The notes: generated by a model not told the origin, from the letters alone. A DNA stretch of 64,000 bases from Rhina ancylostomus (GCA_030265395.1 JARFYF010000104.1:56245472-56309471); one strand, 5' to 3'. Counted from the stretch's first letter, positions 41,468 to 54,035 are shown. Numbers and translations: made by a program.

Positions 41468-41804
41468 CATAGAGTCATAGAATCATACAGCATGGAAATA
41501 GGTCTTTCAGCCCACCAAGTCTGCACTGATCATCAAGCATCCATTTATACTAATCCCATTTTATTCTCCCATATTCCTACTAACTTCCCCAGATTCTACC
41601 AGCCACCTATACTAGGGGCAGTTTCTGGTGGCCAATTCAAATATCACCCTGTACATTTTTGCAATGTCAGAGCAAATTGGAGCACCCAGAACAAACCCAT
41701 GCAGTCACATGGAGAATGCACAGACAGCATCTGAGGTCAGGATTGAACCTGGGTCACTGGAGATGTGGGGCAGTAACTCTACTTGCTGCGCCACTGTGTT
41801 GCCC
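41468..41804 (-). mobile_element. tRNA-derived V-SINE (HE1-like), full length
   Basis: The minus strand starts GGGCAACACAGTGGCGCAGC (A box) and GGTTCAATCC (B box), then V domain TGGGTTTGTTCTGGGTGCTCC and a CR1-like tail ending in (CTATGA)n. Confidence 0.85.
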
Positions 41805-41849
41805 ATTTGGTCTTTGTAATCTATTAGCGTCCTTTTCACAATTTGTTTT

Positions 41850-42875
41850 CCATCCACCTTTGTAACATCAGAATCTTTTTTGATACAATGTATCCAATCC
41901 CTTTGTCTATTCTTTAATATAAATTGTAAACAGATGACAATCCAGCATTGATCCTAAAGGCACCCCTGTACTTACAATTTGCCAACCTAAAAATGAATGG
42001 TATCCCTCCTCTTTGCTTTCTGTCAGTTAACTTATCTCCTATCCTTACCAACGTATTGCTGCCAATACCATGAATCCATATCTTGTGCAGTGACTTAATG
42101 AATATCTTTTGGAAACTTAAGTACGCTACGTCCACTCATTCCCAAAGTCCATCCTGCAATGAACTCAATGAAATTTGTCAAACACAATTTCTATTTCATA
42201 AAAAAAATGTTTTCTGTGCTTAATCAGATAAGTTCCTAATTATCTGGTTACTAGTTCACTAATAATGGATTTCAGCAATTTTTTAATAGCAGATAATAAG
42301 CCTGTAGATGATAATCCTACTTTCTCTCTCCTTCCTTCCTTGGATACATTATTATATTTCCAGTTATCCAATCTGTTGGGACTCTTCCTAGTCCAGGGAA
42401 TTTATGAAGCTTATAGCCAATGCATCCACAACCCCTACAGTCAACTCCATTAGAATCCTGTAATGCAGGTCATCAGATCTAGTGCACTTGTCAGCCTTTA
42501 GACTTATTAGTTTGTCTAGTACTTTTTCTCTCGTGATGATGATACTTTAATTTATTGCCTTCTGATATTTCTTTTGATTTTTGGCATTTTTTTCACTATC
42601 AATCCTGAAAAAAGATGCAAAATATTTATTTAACATGTCTGCTATTTTCCCATCTCCCATTATTAATTCACCCATCCCACTGTCTCAGAGGCCAATGTTT
42701 ATCTTTGCTTATTGTTTCCTTTTTAAATACCTGTAGAAGCTCTTGTAATGTTTTTACTTTTCTTGCTAGTTTACTCTGATATTTCTTTTTTTGCACCTTT
42801 ACAAAATTTTTAATTAGCTTTTGTTGGTTTCTTATAATTCTCCCAATCACCTGGTCTACCAGTATTTTTCACATT
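41850..42875 (-). mobile_element. CR1-type LINE ORF2 fragment
   Basis: The minus-strand ORF at 41914-42135 reads DVAYLSFQKIF..LHKIWIHGIGSNTLVRIGDKLTDRKQRG (D.VYLDF.KAFD...RKQRV type). Confidence 0.85.
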
Positions 42876-43311
42876 GTAAGAAACATAACCTCGGCTGATA
42901 TTTCAGCACACCAGATGAAACAAGCAAAATTGATCTGCCTCTTTTGAAATGAACTTAAAAGAACCATGGACTTTTTGTGACAAAGATCTTGTGGTTCCCT
43001 TGGTAGACTGACCAACATTCATATTTTAACTCTACAGAAAACAATGAATTCCATTTCTTGTTTGTGAACTTAGCAAGAGTGCAAAATGCTGCTAGATTTA
43101 CCGACATTACAAGAGTGGCTACATTTGAAAAATACTTCATTCATTTTTAGGCACCATGAAGATATGAAAGACTTTTCTATAGTGGTCAACTAACCCTTAC
43201 TCGTCCTTTACAACTAGCTCAAAAGTACTGAAGTTAGGAGCCTATGACTGGATGGGCTCTGTCAGCTGTCACATGATTTGGGGTTAAAAATACCTTTTCA
43301 ATTTTATTCAG

Positions 43312-43376
43312 GATTATTCGAACAAAGGTGCAGCAGCCTCCAAATCAGCAATCGCCAGTCTCGTCCCATACTATAG
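43312..43376 (+). CDS. pax5: Pax5 exon 4
   Basis: Acceptor ttcag| and donor TAG|GTAAGA. The 65 nt encode [21 protein letters not shown] (human Pax5 [21 protein letters not shown]), with phases 2/1 fitting exons 3 and 5. Confidence 0.97.
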
Positions 43377-46023
43377 GTAAGAGTCATTGCTAAACTGTTG
43401 TTTCACTTATGTAAAACATACATTGCTCTAAATCTTGAAGAAATGGCATTTAATCTGAGGACTAAATGCATCAAAACATCTGATATGAGTAGAAGTTAAA
43501 TTTTGCTCTCTTTGTCAATCCCTTCCTGAACTGTTATTTGTGATTTCCCAACCTGTAAGCCCTCTGCTCCTACCCATATTCCTGTCCTTTCTCATTATAG
43601 CAATTTATTCTGGTTGGGGTTTGTGGAGGGTGCCCATTCTTCACATGAAAGTTAGGCTGCTCTCAAGGGTTAGATTTTTTTCTGGGAAAATTATGAGCAG
43701 ACCTGTAGATCCTTTGAAACCTCAAATGTTCATTGTTGTGCATGTCACAGACTTTGTTCTCTTTGTTCAGTTGCAATGATAATATCGTGAATGTAATTGA
43801 TTCTTAGTGAACTGAGTTTAGCATTTGATTCTCTCCAATGTTTATATGATTGAGATATTATATCTGATCCAACGTAAGAATGATTTTACCCCACCCTTAA
43901 AATACCACTGTGATTCCCTTCTAGAGATGATAACTTTAAATCTGTCCAAATGTCAAAGGGCCACATCCTTTAATATGCTTACTGAACAAAGAGAGCATGA
44001 AATAATTTGGTTAACCTCATCTCCTGCTCCTGGGCATGCCATGCTTTTATATGAATATACATCAGGCTGCGATTATATTCACTCTTGATCAGTTTATAGC
44101 TGAGCTCAAACAGGATAGAGGATTAACCTCTAATTAGTTACCACTCATCTGGGCAATAACTGTAATGTAATCTGATTGTTATTACTGTTAGGTTTTTCTG
44201 CCTAACAATCAAAATGCTTCAACTTCTCCACTGCCTCAGTGTTTCTAAGCAACTTATAGTTCAAATGCAATTCACCAATATAACTTGGGTTCTGAAGTCT
44301 GACAATTATTTCGATAAGAAGATTTCACATTGTAACACAAAATTGAAATCCAAAATTTAAAGTGGCAATAGAATGGCCATAGAATGTGATGTAATTAAAG
44401 TAATACATCCATAAAGGAAACTATATTACATTTTCCACATCGTTAAGCACTAAGGAGTTATGAAAGTTTTATTCTTTTCTTTTAATTCCCCTTTCTCAGT
44501 TTCTTTCAGTGTTGATTGTGCCTTTGCAATTTGCAGTATGTGATTTAAGTTTCCACCAAAATTGAACTTTTTCTTTAATTTGACCTTTATTTTAAGTATA
44601 ACTCTCGGTGCTTGTGTATGTTTATATCTACAGCACAGATGGGCAACTGATTATCCTGCTAAAGTAAAGATTTTGGTCACTGTGTGTTTGAAAGCTGTGA
44701 AGATCTCATTGAAGGACTTCCTCTTTGCATCTGAATTATGATAATATACAAAACAGAGGCAAAATTCATAGCTCCATTAGTAAGGGTGTTTGAAAGCTCA
44801 TTCCTTCTTGCCCTGTTTGGTACCTTCTTACGCCCTGTTCTTTCAGTGGCTCGTGCTGGGGTGTAGTTCCACAAGTAGTAGCATACCCAGTTTGCCTATT
44901 ATTTATATGTCATCTCAGACAGTAAGCTTTAGCAGATTATTTTTGTATAGGTTGCATCACACTATGTTATTGACTTGGGGTATTTTGTTCCTATCAATAG
45001 ATTCTCAGGTGTTCAAAGGATCAATTTCCATATGTTTCTTAGGGGTTAAGTGGGCTAATATCCAAAGGCTTCTTTTGGATTCAATGAACTAATACCCACA
45101 GAGTTCTGATAGATTCATTCAACCAATACCCACTGGTTTGTGATGAGTTCAACCAATACCCACAAATTTCCAATATTCATTGGACAAATAGCCATAGTTT
45201 TTTTAATACTTTCAATTGACTATGCAGGGTTTTGTGTTCAGTTAGGTGAAATGATGGAATGTAAACATTACTGTAGTGACCAGACAGAGATATGGGGACA
45301 AGAGTAAAATAGCTGCANNNNNNNNNNNNNNNNNNNNNNNNNNNNNNNNNNNNNNNNNNNNNNNNNNNNNNNNNNNNNNNNNNNNNNNNNNNNNNNNNNN
45401 NNNNNNNNNNNNNNNNNCAGATTTTGATACCAAAATATACTGTATGTATGGGGACTGCAGAGACCCTTTGTTAATTCTTTGACTTTCGGGTATGTTCTTT
45501 TGGGTGGTCTGTCTGCTGCGTCATTGAGGTGAGAAAATGTGCTCTGTGATGCATGGCCAGTCACAAGTGTTAAGGGTCATTCATACCCTTTGGCTTTGGA
45601 CCTTGAAGAGACACATTTCTCCTTACTGAAGACTTAGTGTGTAAGAAAGGGTAGATACTTTACAAACACCAACTTCCTTGGATATAGCATCCTTAATATG
45701 ACAGAATGTCCCAATGTACTTGACTGACTATACACCGTGAACCAATAAATAATTTGGTTAGAATTGAAATTGCCTATATGGCTGCAGTTCAGTGTTACTT
45801 CTTCCCTCCCCTAATATTGAACATTCACAGTCCTAGTCAGGAATTAATTATGATCATGCCAAGCATGACAAATGAATTTGTGTGTTCCTTGTCCTTGAAA
45901 CTCAATCCTTCTTGGAAAGCCAGCAATGACAGATCCAGATTGATTTTCCACAGGAGAATGTTTTGCATCTTGGTTTACAATGTCTCTAAACTAACTAATC
46001 CTCGTTGTCATTGACACCCGTAG

Positions 46024-46155
46024 CACCAAGCACTGTGCCAGTGACTCCAGTTCCTTCTGCTGCCACAGATTCAGCGGGATCTTCCTACTCCATCAGTGGA
46101 ATTCTGGGAATCACACCATCTAATAATGAGAATAACAAGAGAAAACGCAATGAAG
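46024..46155 (+). CDS. pax5: Pax5 exon 5 (octapeptide YSISGILG and basic NKRKR nuclear-localisation motif)
   Basis: Branch-like CTAAC at ~45991, acceptor cgtag| and donor AAG|GTAAGT. The 132 nt encode [53 protein letters not shown] is the Pax5 form of the octapeptide. Confidence 0.96.
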
Positions 46156-46254
46156 GTAAGTGCAAATGTGATGGATTAAAAGAAGATGCACTTTATGGGA
46201 ATCTAGAAACAGGTGTCAGGTGTCAGTAATCAGTGAAAAGAAAACAAGCACTTT

Positions 46255-46585
46255 GGGGTGGTTCAGTGGTGCAGCTAGTGGAGTTGCTGCCCCAAAGCTC
46301 CTGGTTCCGACCTGACCCCTGGTGCACCTGCTCATTATCCATGTGATTGCATGGGTTTCCTCTGATGTTCTGGTTTTCTTCCATATTCCGAAGATGTGCA
46401 GGTCAGTAGGTTAATTGGCCACTGTACATCACCCCTGGTGCGGTGAGTGGTAGAATCTGTGAGGAGTTGATGGGAATGTGGTGAGAATAAGAATGGAATT
46501 AATGTAAGATCAGTGTAAATAATGCGCTTGATGGTTGGTGTGGTCTCAGTCGCTGAGGGGCCTGTTTCCATACTGTATAACTCTC
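46255..46585 (+). mobile_element. tRNA-derived V-SINE (HE1-like)
   Basis: cagtggtgcagctagtgg A box, ggttccgacc B box, V domain tgcatgggtttcctctgatgttctggtttt and tail gggcctgtttccatactgtat. Confidence 0.85.
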
Positions 46586-46739
46586 TGGTAAAACTTCTAT
46601 TTTATCAATGAATCCAAACTCATTGGACTAACATCTGCGTGCACGATGTTGACATTGCCAAAATATAGCAAAGTGAAAATTAATGTTCAAATTTCTTATC
46701 ATTTATAAACAACAACTCAAAATCCAATCCACAATCCAA

Positions 46740-48177
46740 ACAACGATCCAAAATTGACTTGGTCATAGAAGACAGAATATAGTGGTGGAGGGGTGTTTCT
46801 CTGACAGGAGGTCTGTGACCGGTGATGTTCCGCACAGATCAGTGGTGGGACCTCTGTTGTTTGTGATATGTATAAGTGATCTGGACAAAAATGTAGGTGT
46901 GCTGATTGGTAAGTTTGCAGATAACATAAAAATTGGTGGAGTTGTATACAGTGAGCAAGGTTGTCAAAGGATACAGCAAGGTATAGATCAATTGGAAATT
47001 TGGGGTGGAGAAATGGTGCATGGTGCTTGCTCCAGATGTGTCAAGTGTTGCATTTTTGGGAGGTAAGAGGAAATTATACAGTAAATGGCTGGACCCACAG
47101 GATCATTGATGGTCAGAGGGATCTTGGGGTGCAAGTCCATGGCTCCCTGAAGGTGTCTACACAAGTGGATAGCTTGGTAAGGAAGGCATACGATATTCTT
47201 GCCTTCCTCAGTTTGGGGCATTAAATAAAAAAGTTGGGGAGTCATGTTGTAACTGTACAAAATATTGGTTAGGCCACATTTGGATTATTGTGTGTAATTT
47301 TGGTCACCGCACTATAGAAAGGGTGTGGAGGATCTGGAGAGGGTTANNNNNNNNNNACATTACTCTCCTCTTACCCCTTCCCTTCCCTTCTCTACCCAGC
47401 TCCATCTGCCTATATTTTTTTCCTTATGTGTTTTCACCTGTCACCTACAAGCCTCTGCCTACCCTCCTCCTCCCCTACCTGGCTCCATCTGCCCCTCATC
47501 CAACCTTGTCTGGTTCCAGCTATCACTTCCTGGCCTCTTGTCTCATCCCTCCTTCTTATTTCTATATTCTCTCTACACTCTCAGTCTTGATGCAAAGTTT
47601 TGACTCAAGACGTTGACCGTCCCTTTGCCTCCACAGATATTGCTTGACCCACTGAATTCTTCCAGCAGTTTGTTTATTTGCTCCAGATTCTGGCACCTGC
47701 AGTCTCTTGTGTCTCCATTCACTGGGATGTTGCCTGGATTGGAGAGTGTTAGCTATAAGGAGAGGTTGAACAAACTTGGATTGTTTTCTCTGGAGCGTCA
47801 GAGGCTGAGGGATGACCTGATAGAAGTTTATAATGTAATAAGTGGCATAGATAGGGTGGATAGTCAGAGTCTTCTTCCCCAGGGTGGAAATATCAAATAC
47901 GAGAGGGCATAGGTTTAAGGTGAGGGGGGAAAGTTTAAAGAAGAATTGTGAGGCAAGTTTTTTTACACAGGGTGTGATAGGTTCATGGAATGCATTGCCA
48001 TAAGCAGATATGAAGGTAAAGTTTAAGAGACATTTGTACAGATACATTAACAGGCAGGGAATGGACAGATACAGATCTTGTGCAGGCAGATGGGATTAGT
48101 TTAGACTGACATCATGGTCAGTACATACATGGTGGAACGAGGGGCCTGTTCAGGTGATGTATTGTTCTATGTTCTAG
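46740..48177 (+). mobile_element. CR1/HER1 LINE 3' half with a nested insertion
   Basis: VTGDVPHRSVVGPLLFVICISDLD..IGKFADNIKIGG, RDLGVQVHGSLKV, SYKERLNKLGLFSLERQRLRDDLIEVY and tail tgttctatgttcta. Interrupted at ~47347-47716. Confidence 0.92.
47357..47716 (+). mobile_element. Penelope-derived terminal fragment nested in CR1
   Basis: Homologous to ~38480-38790 (pyrimidine tract, cctccacagat..tgacccactgaattcttccagcag..ctgcagtctct). Confidence 0.75.
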
Positions 48178-50389
48178 CAGACAGATTATGTAAAGGACTG
48201 ATGGGACAAACTCAAATTGGTGGTGCAGATTTGGAGTGCCTTTAGAACAAACTGGCCTCCTGGCACACACATGTGGTGAATCATATCAGATGCCATTATG
48301 ATGAATGTGTACATAATTAAGTATTCAGCATTGGCAGGTTGTGCATTCATCAGTTTACTACAGTGATCTGAAGTCAGTGCCAGCTTTTTAGTGTTTAACA
48401 GCACAGCTGCAACCAATGCCCTTCCTTCGACTCACAAGACTAAATATGCATTTAGCAACCAGAATATACCCTCTACCACTCCCTCCCCCTCTCCAGTTCC
48501 TCTCCCCTGCAAATCCCATGCCTCACCAGTTCAGTTTATAAGGATTATCAGATACTTGCTGCTTAGTTAGTGGTCTATTTCTTTCTGGCTGCTTACAATT
48601 CTACATGTGTGTGGTGTTTCTGGAGTCATTTCAAGTTGCAAAACTCTGTAGATGTGTGGCAAGCACTGAAGGACACCGCTGACTGCACAAATCAGTTGCT
48701 GCCAAACATTGGTGCAATAGTAGGCATTTGCCATGCAATTAGGCATGATTGGGAGAATGAGTGGCATGGATAGTTGGACAAGACACAGGAAATAAGGAGG
48801 AGAATTTGAGTATTATAGCCTTCAGCAGCAGTCCGTAACTGCCTATGTGTTCAGGGAATTGTTGTCTCACCTGAATCTCAGGCAAGGATCAAAGAGTGAA
48901 CATCAGTATAGATATCTTTACAAAAGTCTTTCATCAGCTGCAGTTACACTTTGACTTTGGAGCAATGCGTCACCACATTGCTCTTGACTTCAAGATGAAT
49001 GGGATCAAAGGACATCTTCTCAAAGCATCTTGCTCCTACCAGGCTGCGACTGGAGATAATTGCAAAATCTCATAATTCTCCACCTGCTGATATGTAAAGA
49101 AGGTCAGGAACACTCTCTTGGAAATAATTACATTTAATTTGTTCTTATAAGAGACCAGTAGACAGTGGGAGAATACTTTTGAAAATTACAGCAATTAATA
49201 CACTTTTCTGCAATTTTATCTGCCCCATCTACAACTCAGCCAGCAGTTTTAGAACTTCATTCCACACTTTAGGTCGGCCATTACTTTATATTTTATTTGA
49301 TTTTCATTACACATCATAAATTACTTGGTTTAGTGAGCCTGGTGATATTTCTCATAACTGGTTGTCGATTGGAGCTAGAATGAAATCTGAATGTTCTGGA
49401 CATAGAGCTTTTTAAAATTATGTTGTTTTATTATTGATGTACAAATGCAAATGGTTTTCCATGCCCCTACCTTTCCTTTTGCAGTTTGCACTTTCTGTGA
49501 GATTTTATAGTCTGGAAAGTTTGCAAAGTACTTTGCCATAACAGATGTGTAGGCCTGGGCATATTCATTGTGACATTGTTTGCATTACCAGTTAATTGAG
49601 GGATTGCTGTAGAGCAGGAGTGAATAGGGTGATAGCAATGGCAATCTGGAGACCTGTAGTTGTTAGTCCGTTTACTGAATTGTTCAAGACTGGGAGTGGG
49701 AAGGTGATATGCAATTCGGTTCCAATTCATTTTAGAATGATTATCATTTTACAGAATACATGCAGTGTGTGATATTTTTCTGACATTCAGCTTTTGTATA
49801 TTTCTGTTACCAAACTGTATTTGGCCATTGTGTTGTGTACTCTACACTATCAGTGGATTTCATAATGCTTGACATTGCATTATTCAAAAATCTAATATAT
49901 TATTTCTCCAAAATAGTCCTCCACTTAGATATTTCAGGTAAAGGCTGCTTGACTATTGAATGATTCTTTTTATATTTCGTTGTGCTGGATAATCAGAATA
50001 TGTAGTACTGCCCAACATGATCTATAACAAAGACTGGTACATATTTTCTAATAACATTGTAATTATATCCCAATAGCATAAATACCAAATGCCTTCTCTC
50101 AAGAGTCACCTGACACTATTTTAACCATGCAATTAGATTGTATAAGTAATTACAGTCTTTCACAAACACATTGTTTAAAAAAGTACAATTTCACAGTGGT
50201 ATGGTTGAAGTTTAATTGTGCTTGAACTGAAAGGAAGGGATTTATAATCCTTGAATAATAGTTACTATATATGCTGCTGATGTTCTGGGTCAGGGGCTTA
50301 GTTTTGTGTATTTTCACCATTTTAATAGAATTCTAGACAACCATGGTTTCTTTATGATAAAAACACATCACTATCAATATTCAAAAACA

Positions 50390-50770
50390 AAGAAATTTAT
50401 GGTACCTTACGTAACCTCAGGTCATCCAAAAGTATTTTACATCCAATAAAGTACTTTCAAAATGTAGGCAATATTGTTATGTAAGAAATAATTTACAGAT
50501 AACATGGACCTTCAACAAGCAATTTGACAATGACCAAATAATATTTTTTAAGTAATTTGTTTGAGGGATGCATATTGTCAGAATAACAGGGGCTTCAGAC
50601 TATGATCATATATCCGCATAACAGAGAAGTCAGGTCCTTGGTTTTAGCATTTCATCAAAACATAAGGATTTAACAACACTGCAGTGTTATCCTTGGGTTA
50701 TGTGCTTGCATTGTGGGATTGGGACTTGAATCCACAAGCTAGTATTCAGGATGAGTGTGCTACCACTTGG
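50390..50770 (-). mobile_element. Deu-domain SINE, decayed
   Basis: Reverse-complement similarity to 9335-9725, with tRNA-like head gggacttgaatccaca...gagtgtgctaccact. Confidence 0.6.
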
Positions 50771-50774
50771 AACT

Positions 50775-50995
50775 GCAGGTTCCTCGCCAAATCACACACA
50801 TTATCCTGACTTGTAAGTATATCACTGTTTTTTCATTGTTGGTGGATCTAAATCCTGGAACTCTCCACCCAACATGACTGGGGAGTACCATCACCAGAAT
50901 GACTGCAGCCATTCAGGAAAAAAACACTGTTTCAAAGACAATTAGGGTTGAGCACTAAGTTCTGGCCTTGCCAACAACCCTCACATCCTGAAACT
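50775..50995 (+). mobile_element. LINE 3' end fragment
   Basis: aaatcctggaactctccacccaac (WNSLP-like) and a tail shared with 40410-40735. Confidence 0.6.
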
Positions 50996-51964
50996 AAAGT
51001 GACCTAGGGCTAACATATTTGGCTTCCAAATAGCTTAAAGAGGGTCACTTAACAGCAATGAATGTGCAATAAAGAAATTTACTGTTTATGAAGTATGCCT
51101 GAAGATTTGGAAATTATCTAATGTTATCTCTCCCAGATCAGTGTGTGTATAATCATTGTTGGTTAGGTCAGGAATTCTAACTTGAGGAGTATGAGATTTG
51201 TGTGAAAGAATGGATATTGTTATTATTTTGCCAAAAACTTTTCCCCTAATTGTCTCCACTTCTCTTGTTTGAAAGCTGTTGACTACTGAGAGGAAAGGTT
51301 TGGTGGTTGGGGTGGAGATTAATGGCAGGGGTAATTCCACCGCAGCTTTGCACTAATGGCACCTCTCTAAAGTTGCTATCCTTCACCAAGAGTGAACCTG
51401 GAAAGTGAATGATTCTGCCCATCGCTCCGATGAGAAACTCTGAGGTCTTTAAAATGCCATATAAATATTATATTTTCAACAGATGAGTTAACAAAGAGTT
51501 TTGCTTTCAGATTAACCTTGATTTGGTAAATAAAAATGATGTTAAATTTAAGAAATTGTAGCAAGACAATGATAAAAATCAAGACTACCTCAAAGGCTGA
51601 TGTACCGGAAGGAATTTGGGAGACGGTTTACAAGGCTTTTGGCAATATGCAGCTCCTTGTGCACTCAAATTTGGGCTGTTTCATTTCTGAGACTTTGCTT
51701 AAATAAATAAAAACAACCCAGTCCTCCAATTATAAATAGATATGTGTTTGGGTATGTACATGCACCACTCATATTTGTATATGCACCTGTTTGTGTGTGT
51801 GATGTGGATTGCAGGTATAGAATAGGGTGGAATTATGATACCCCATGTGACCAAATTGCCTATAAAATACCCAGTTCTTTATGTTATTCAAATGATGGGA
51901 AACAGAAGGAGGTGCACAGGACGGCCATCCATTAAGCCCCTCCCTGAATAAGAATCAATGCAGT

Positions 51965-52480
51965 CAGGGGACACGAGAGTGAGTCAGCGCCTTCAGAGGT
52001 GGTTGCAGAGAGGGTCAGCACCTTGAAGGGGTGGGAGAGGAAGTCAGCACCTTCAGGGACTGCAGGAGAGAGTCAGTGCCTTTGGGACACGGGAGAGAGA
52101 CAATGATAACTTTCACAGAGTGGAAGAGAGGNNNNNNNNNNNNNNNNNNNNNNNNNNNNNNNNNNNNNNNNNNNNNNNNNNNNNNNNNNNNNNNNNNNNN
52201 NNNNNNNNNNNNNNNNNNNNNNNNNNNNNNNCAGCACCTTCATTAGTTGGAGAGAGAGATAACATCTACAGGGTAAAGAGTGAGTGAGTTTAAGGATGTA
52301 GAGGGTAGGGTGGAGTGGACTCAGCACCTTATGGTAAGGGAGAGAGTGTCAGCACCTTTAGTGATGGGCCAGATAATCAATAATTTCATGGATTTGAGAG
52401 AGGGTCAGCAGCTTCAGGGGGTGGGAGAGAGTGTCTACACCTTTAGGGTTATAATAGAGTCTAAAGGGGAAGGGAGAGAA
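51965..52480. repeat. Degenerate G/A-rich minisatellite, unit ~26-30 bp (GAGAGAGTCAGCACCTTCAGGG)
   Basis: The tcagcacctt core recurs on both sides of an N gap. Confidence 0.8.
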
Positions 52481-52524
52481 TGCCACTTTTAGCGAGAATG
52501 AGTAAATTAACATCTTGAAGGATT

Positions 52525-52725
52525 ATGCAGACAATGCTATAAATACTCAGCAGGTCAGGCAGCATCTGTGCAAATGGAAGCTGAGTTAATGTTTCAGACT
52601 GATGAGCTTTCCTCAGAACCATTAACACCTGAAATATTAACACTCCACAGATGCTGCCTGATTTGCTTTGTATTTCCAGCATATTCTACTTTAATTCAGA
52701 TTTCCAGCCTCTGCAGTGTTTTGGT
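52525..52725. mobile_element. Penelope-derived inverted-repeat (hairpin) element
   Basis: The arms caggcagcatctgtg..gttaatgtttcag and ctgaaatattaac..cacagatgctgcctg are reverse complements. Confidence 0.8.
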
Positions 52726-53239
52726 TTTAGAGCATCTTTAGGAAATTGGAAGAGAGAGAACCTCATCACCATTAGGGGAGAGGAGAGAGAGCCATCTCCC
52801 ATGGGAGAGGGTGGAGGAGACCAGAGGTTGAATCTTGCTGGTTGAAAGTTTTAATGGACTCAGATTAATGAGCAGTGAGAATTAAAGCTCATGTTTGATC
52901 AAATAAGACAGGCTCAATTTATTCAACTCTGTTTTACAGATTAGGATTTCTTAGTTATAAGTTTCTTCATATATACATGGGCTTTATAAGAGGAAGTATG
53001 AGATTTTAATTAACTTTTTTATCATCAGCTTAGATAGCTTCATAGTATCAGTGAGTAACATTTAAGAAAGATTGCACGCATTGAGTCCAGCATATAGTAA
53101 AAGCAGGCTGTGATCTAAATAGCTTCAGGGACCTTGACACTCCTTTACAGTATAATAAGCTCATAGCTCATTAAACATTGCATATAAAATCTGCCCTTAA
53201 ATTTGTTACTCGTGAACTTCAAATGTCTATTTTCAAAAG

Positions 53240-54035
53240 AAGTACAGAGTGATAGGATTAGGCCATTCAGTCCCTTGAGCCTGATTCCTCATTCAGATAC
53301 ATCATGGCTAAAATGTATTTCAGCACCATATTGTTTACTTGTACCCAACAAAACTCTATCAGTCTCAGTTCCATAATCTCTGATTGCCCTGTTATATTAC
53401 AAAGCCTTTAGAGGGTAGAGAACGTCAGCTTCTGTGAAAAAAAATATTTTCACAATCCCCTCCCAAATGGTATAACTCTAAGTTGAAGGTGACATCCCCT
53501 GGTTCTGACTTCCTTCAATAGAGGATGCTTTCCCTCTATGTACCGTAACTGAGTCCTTTTTATATTTAAACTCTTTAATATGCTCAATTTTATACAAGAA
53601 TCTCAGTTGGGTACCTTTCAGATGATGTGCTGTACCCCTGCAAGGCTAGCCACAGGCATCAAGATGAGGTATAATCAAGCCTCTATACAACTGAAGCATA
53701 ACTTCTTCCACTCTTGAGATAAAGGTTGACATTCAACTAGGTATCTAATTGCAATTTGCATTTGGCTATAGGCTTTAAATAATTTATGTCTTTGGACGCC
53801 CAAATTTATTTGCTCTTGTGCAGTCCCTAATTTTTTTTACAGATTAGAAAATCTTCCAATTTAACTTTTTTTTGGGTCTAAAGTGCAGTTGTCACTGTTA
53901 AATCACTTATGGAGATTTTGTGCATCATTTAATTTGTTTATTCCCTTTGCAACCTCCTGCTCTCATCTATACATATCATTGGTTATTTTAACTTAATGCC
54001 ACCTATAAACTAAGATAAACAATGGTCAATTCATT
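53240..54035 (-). mobile_element. Decayed CR1 fragment
   Basis: Starts with the reverse CR1 tail (ggattaggccattcagtcccttgagcctg) and resembles the 2330-3130 relic. Confidence 0.55.

Noticed and set aside
41720-41804. tRNA-like sequence with A/B boxes (also 46255-46320)
   Set aside because: These are SINE heads followed by a V domain and LINE tail, not tRNA genes.
51965-52480. Repeat-spacer pattern superficially like a CRISPR array (also 26370-26535 and 45050-45200)
   Set aside because: Vertebrate genomic context, degenerate repeats, no cas genes.
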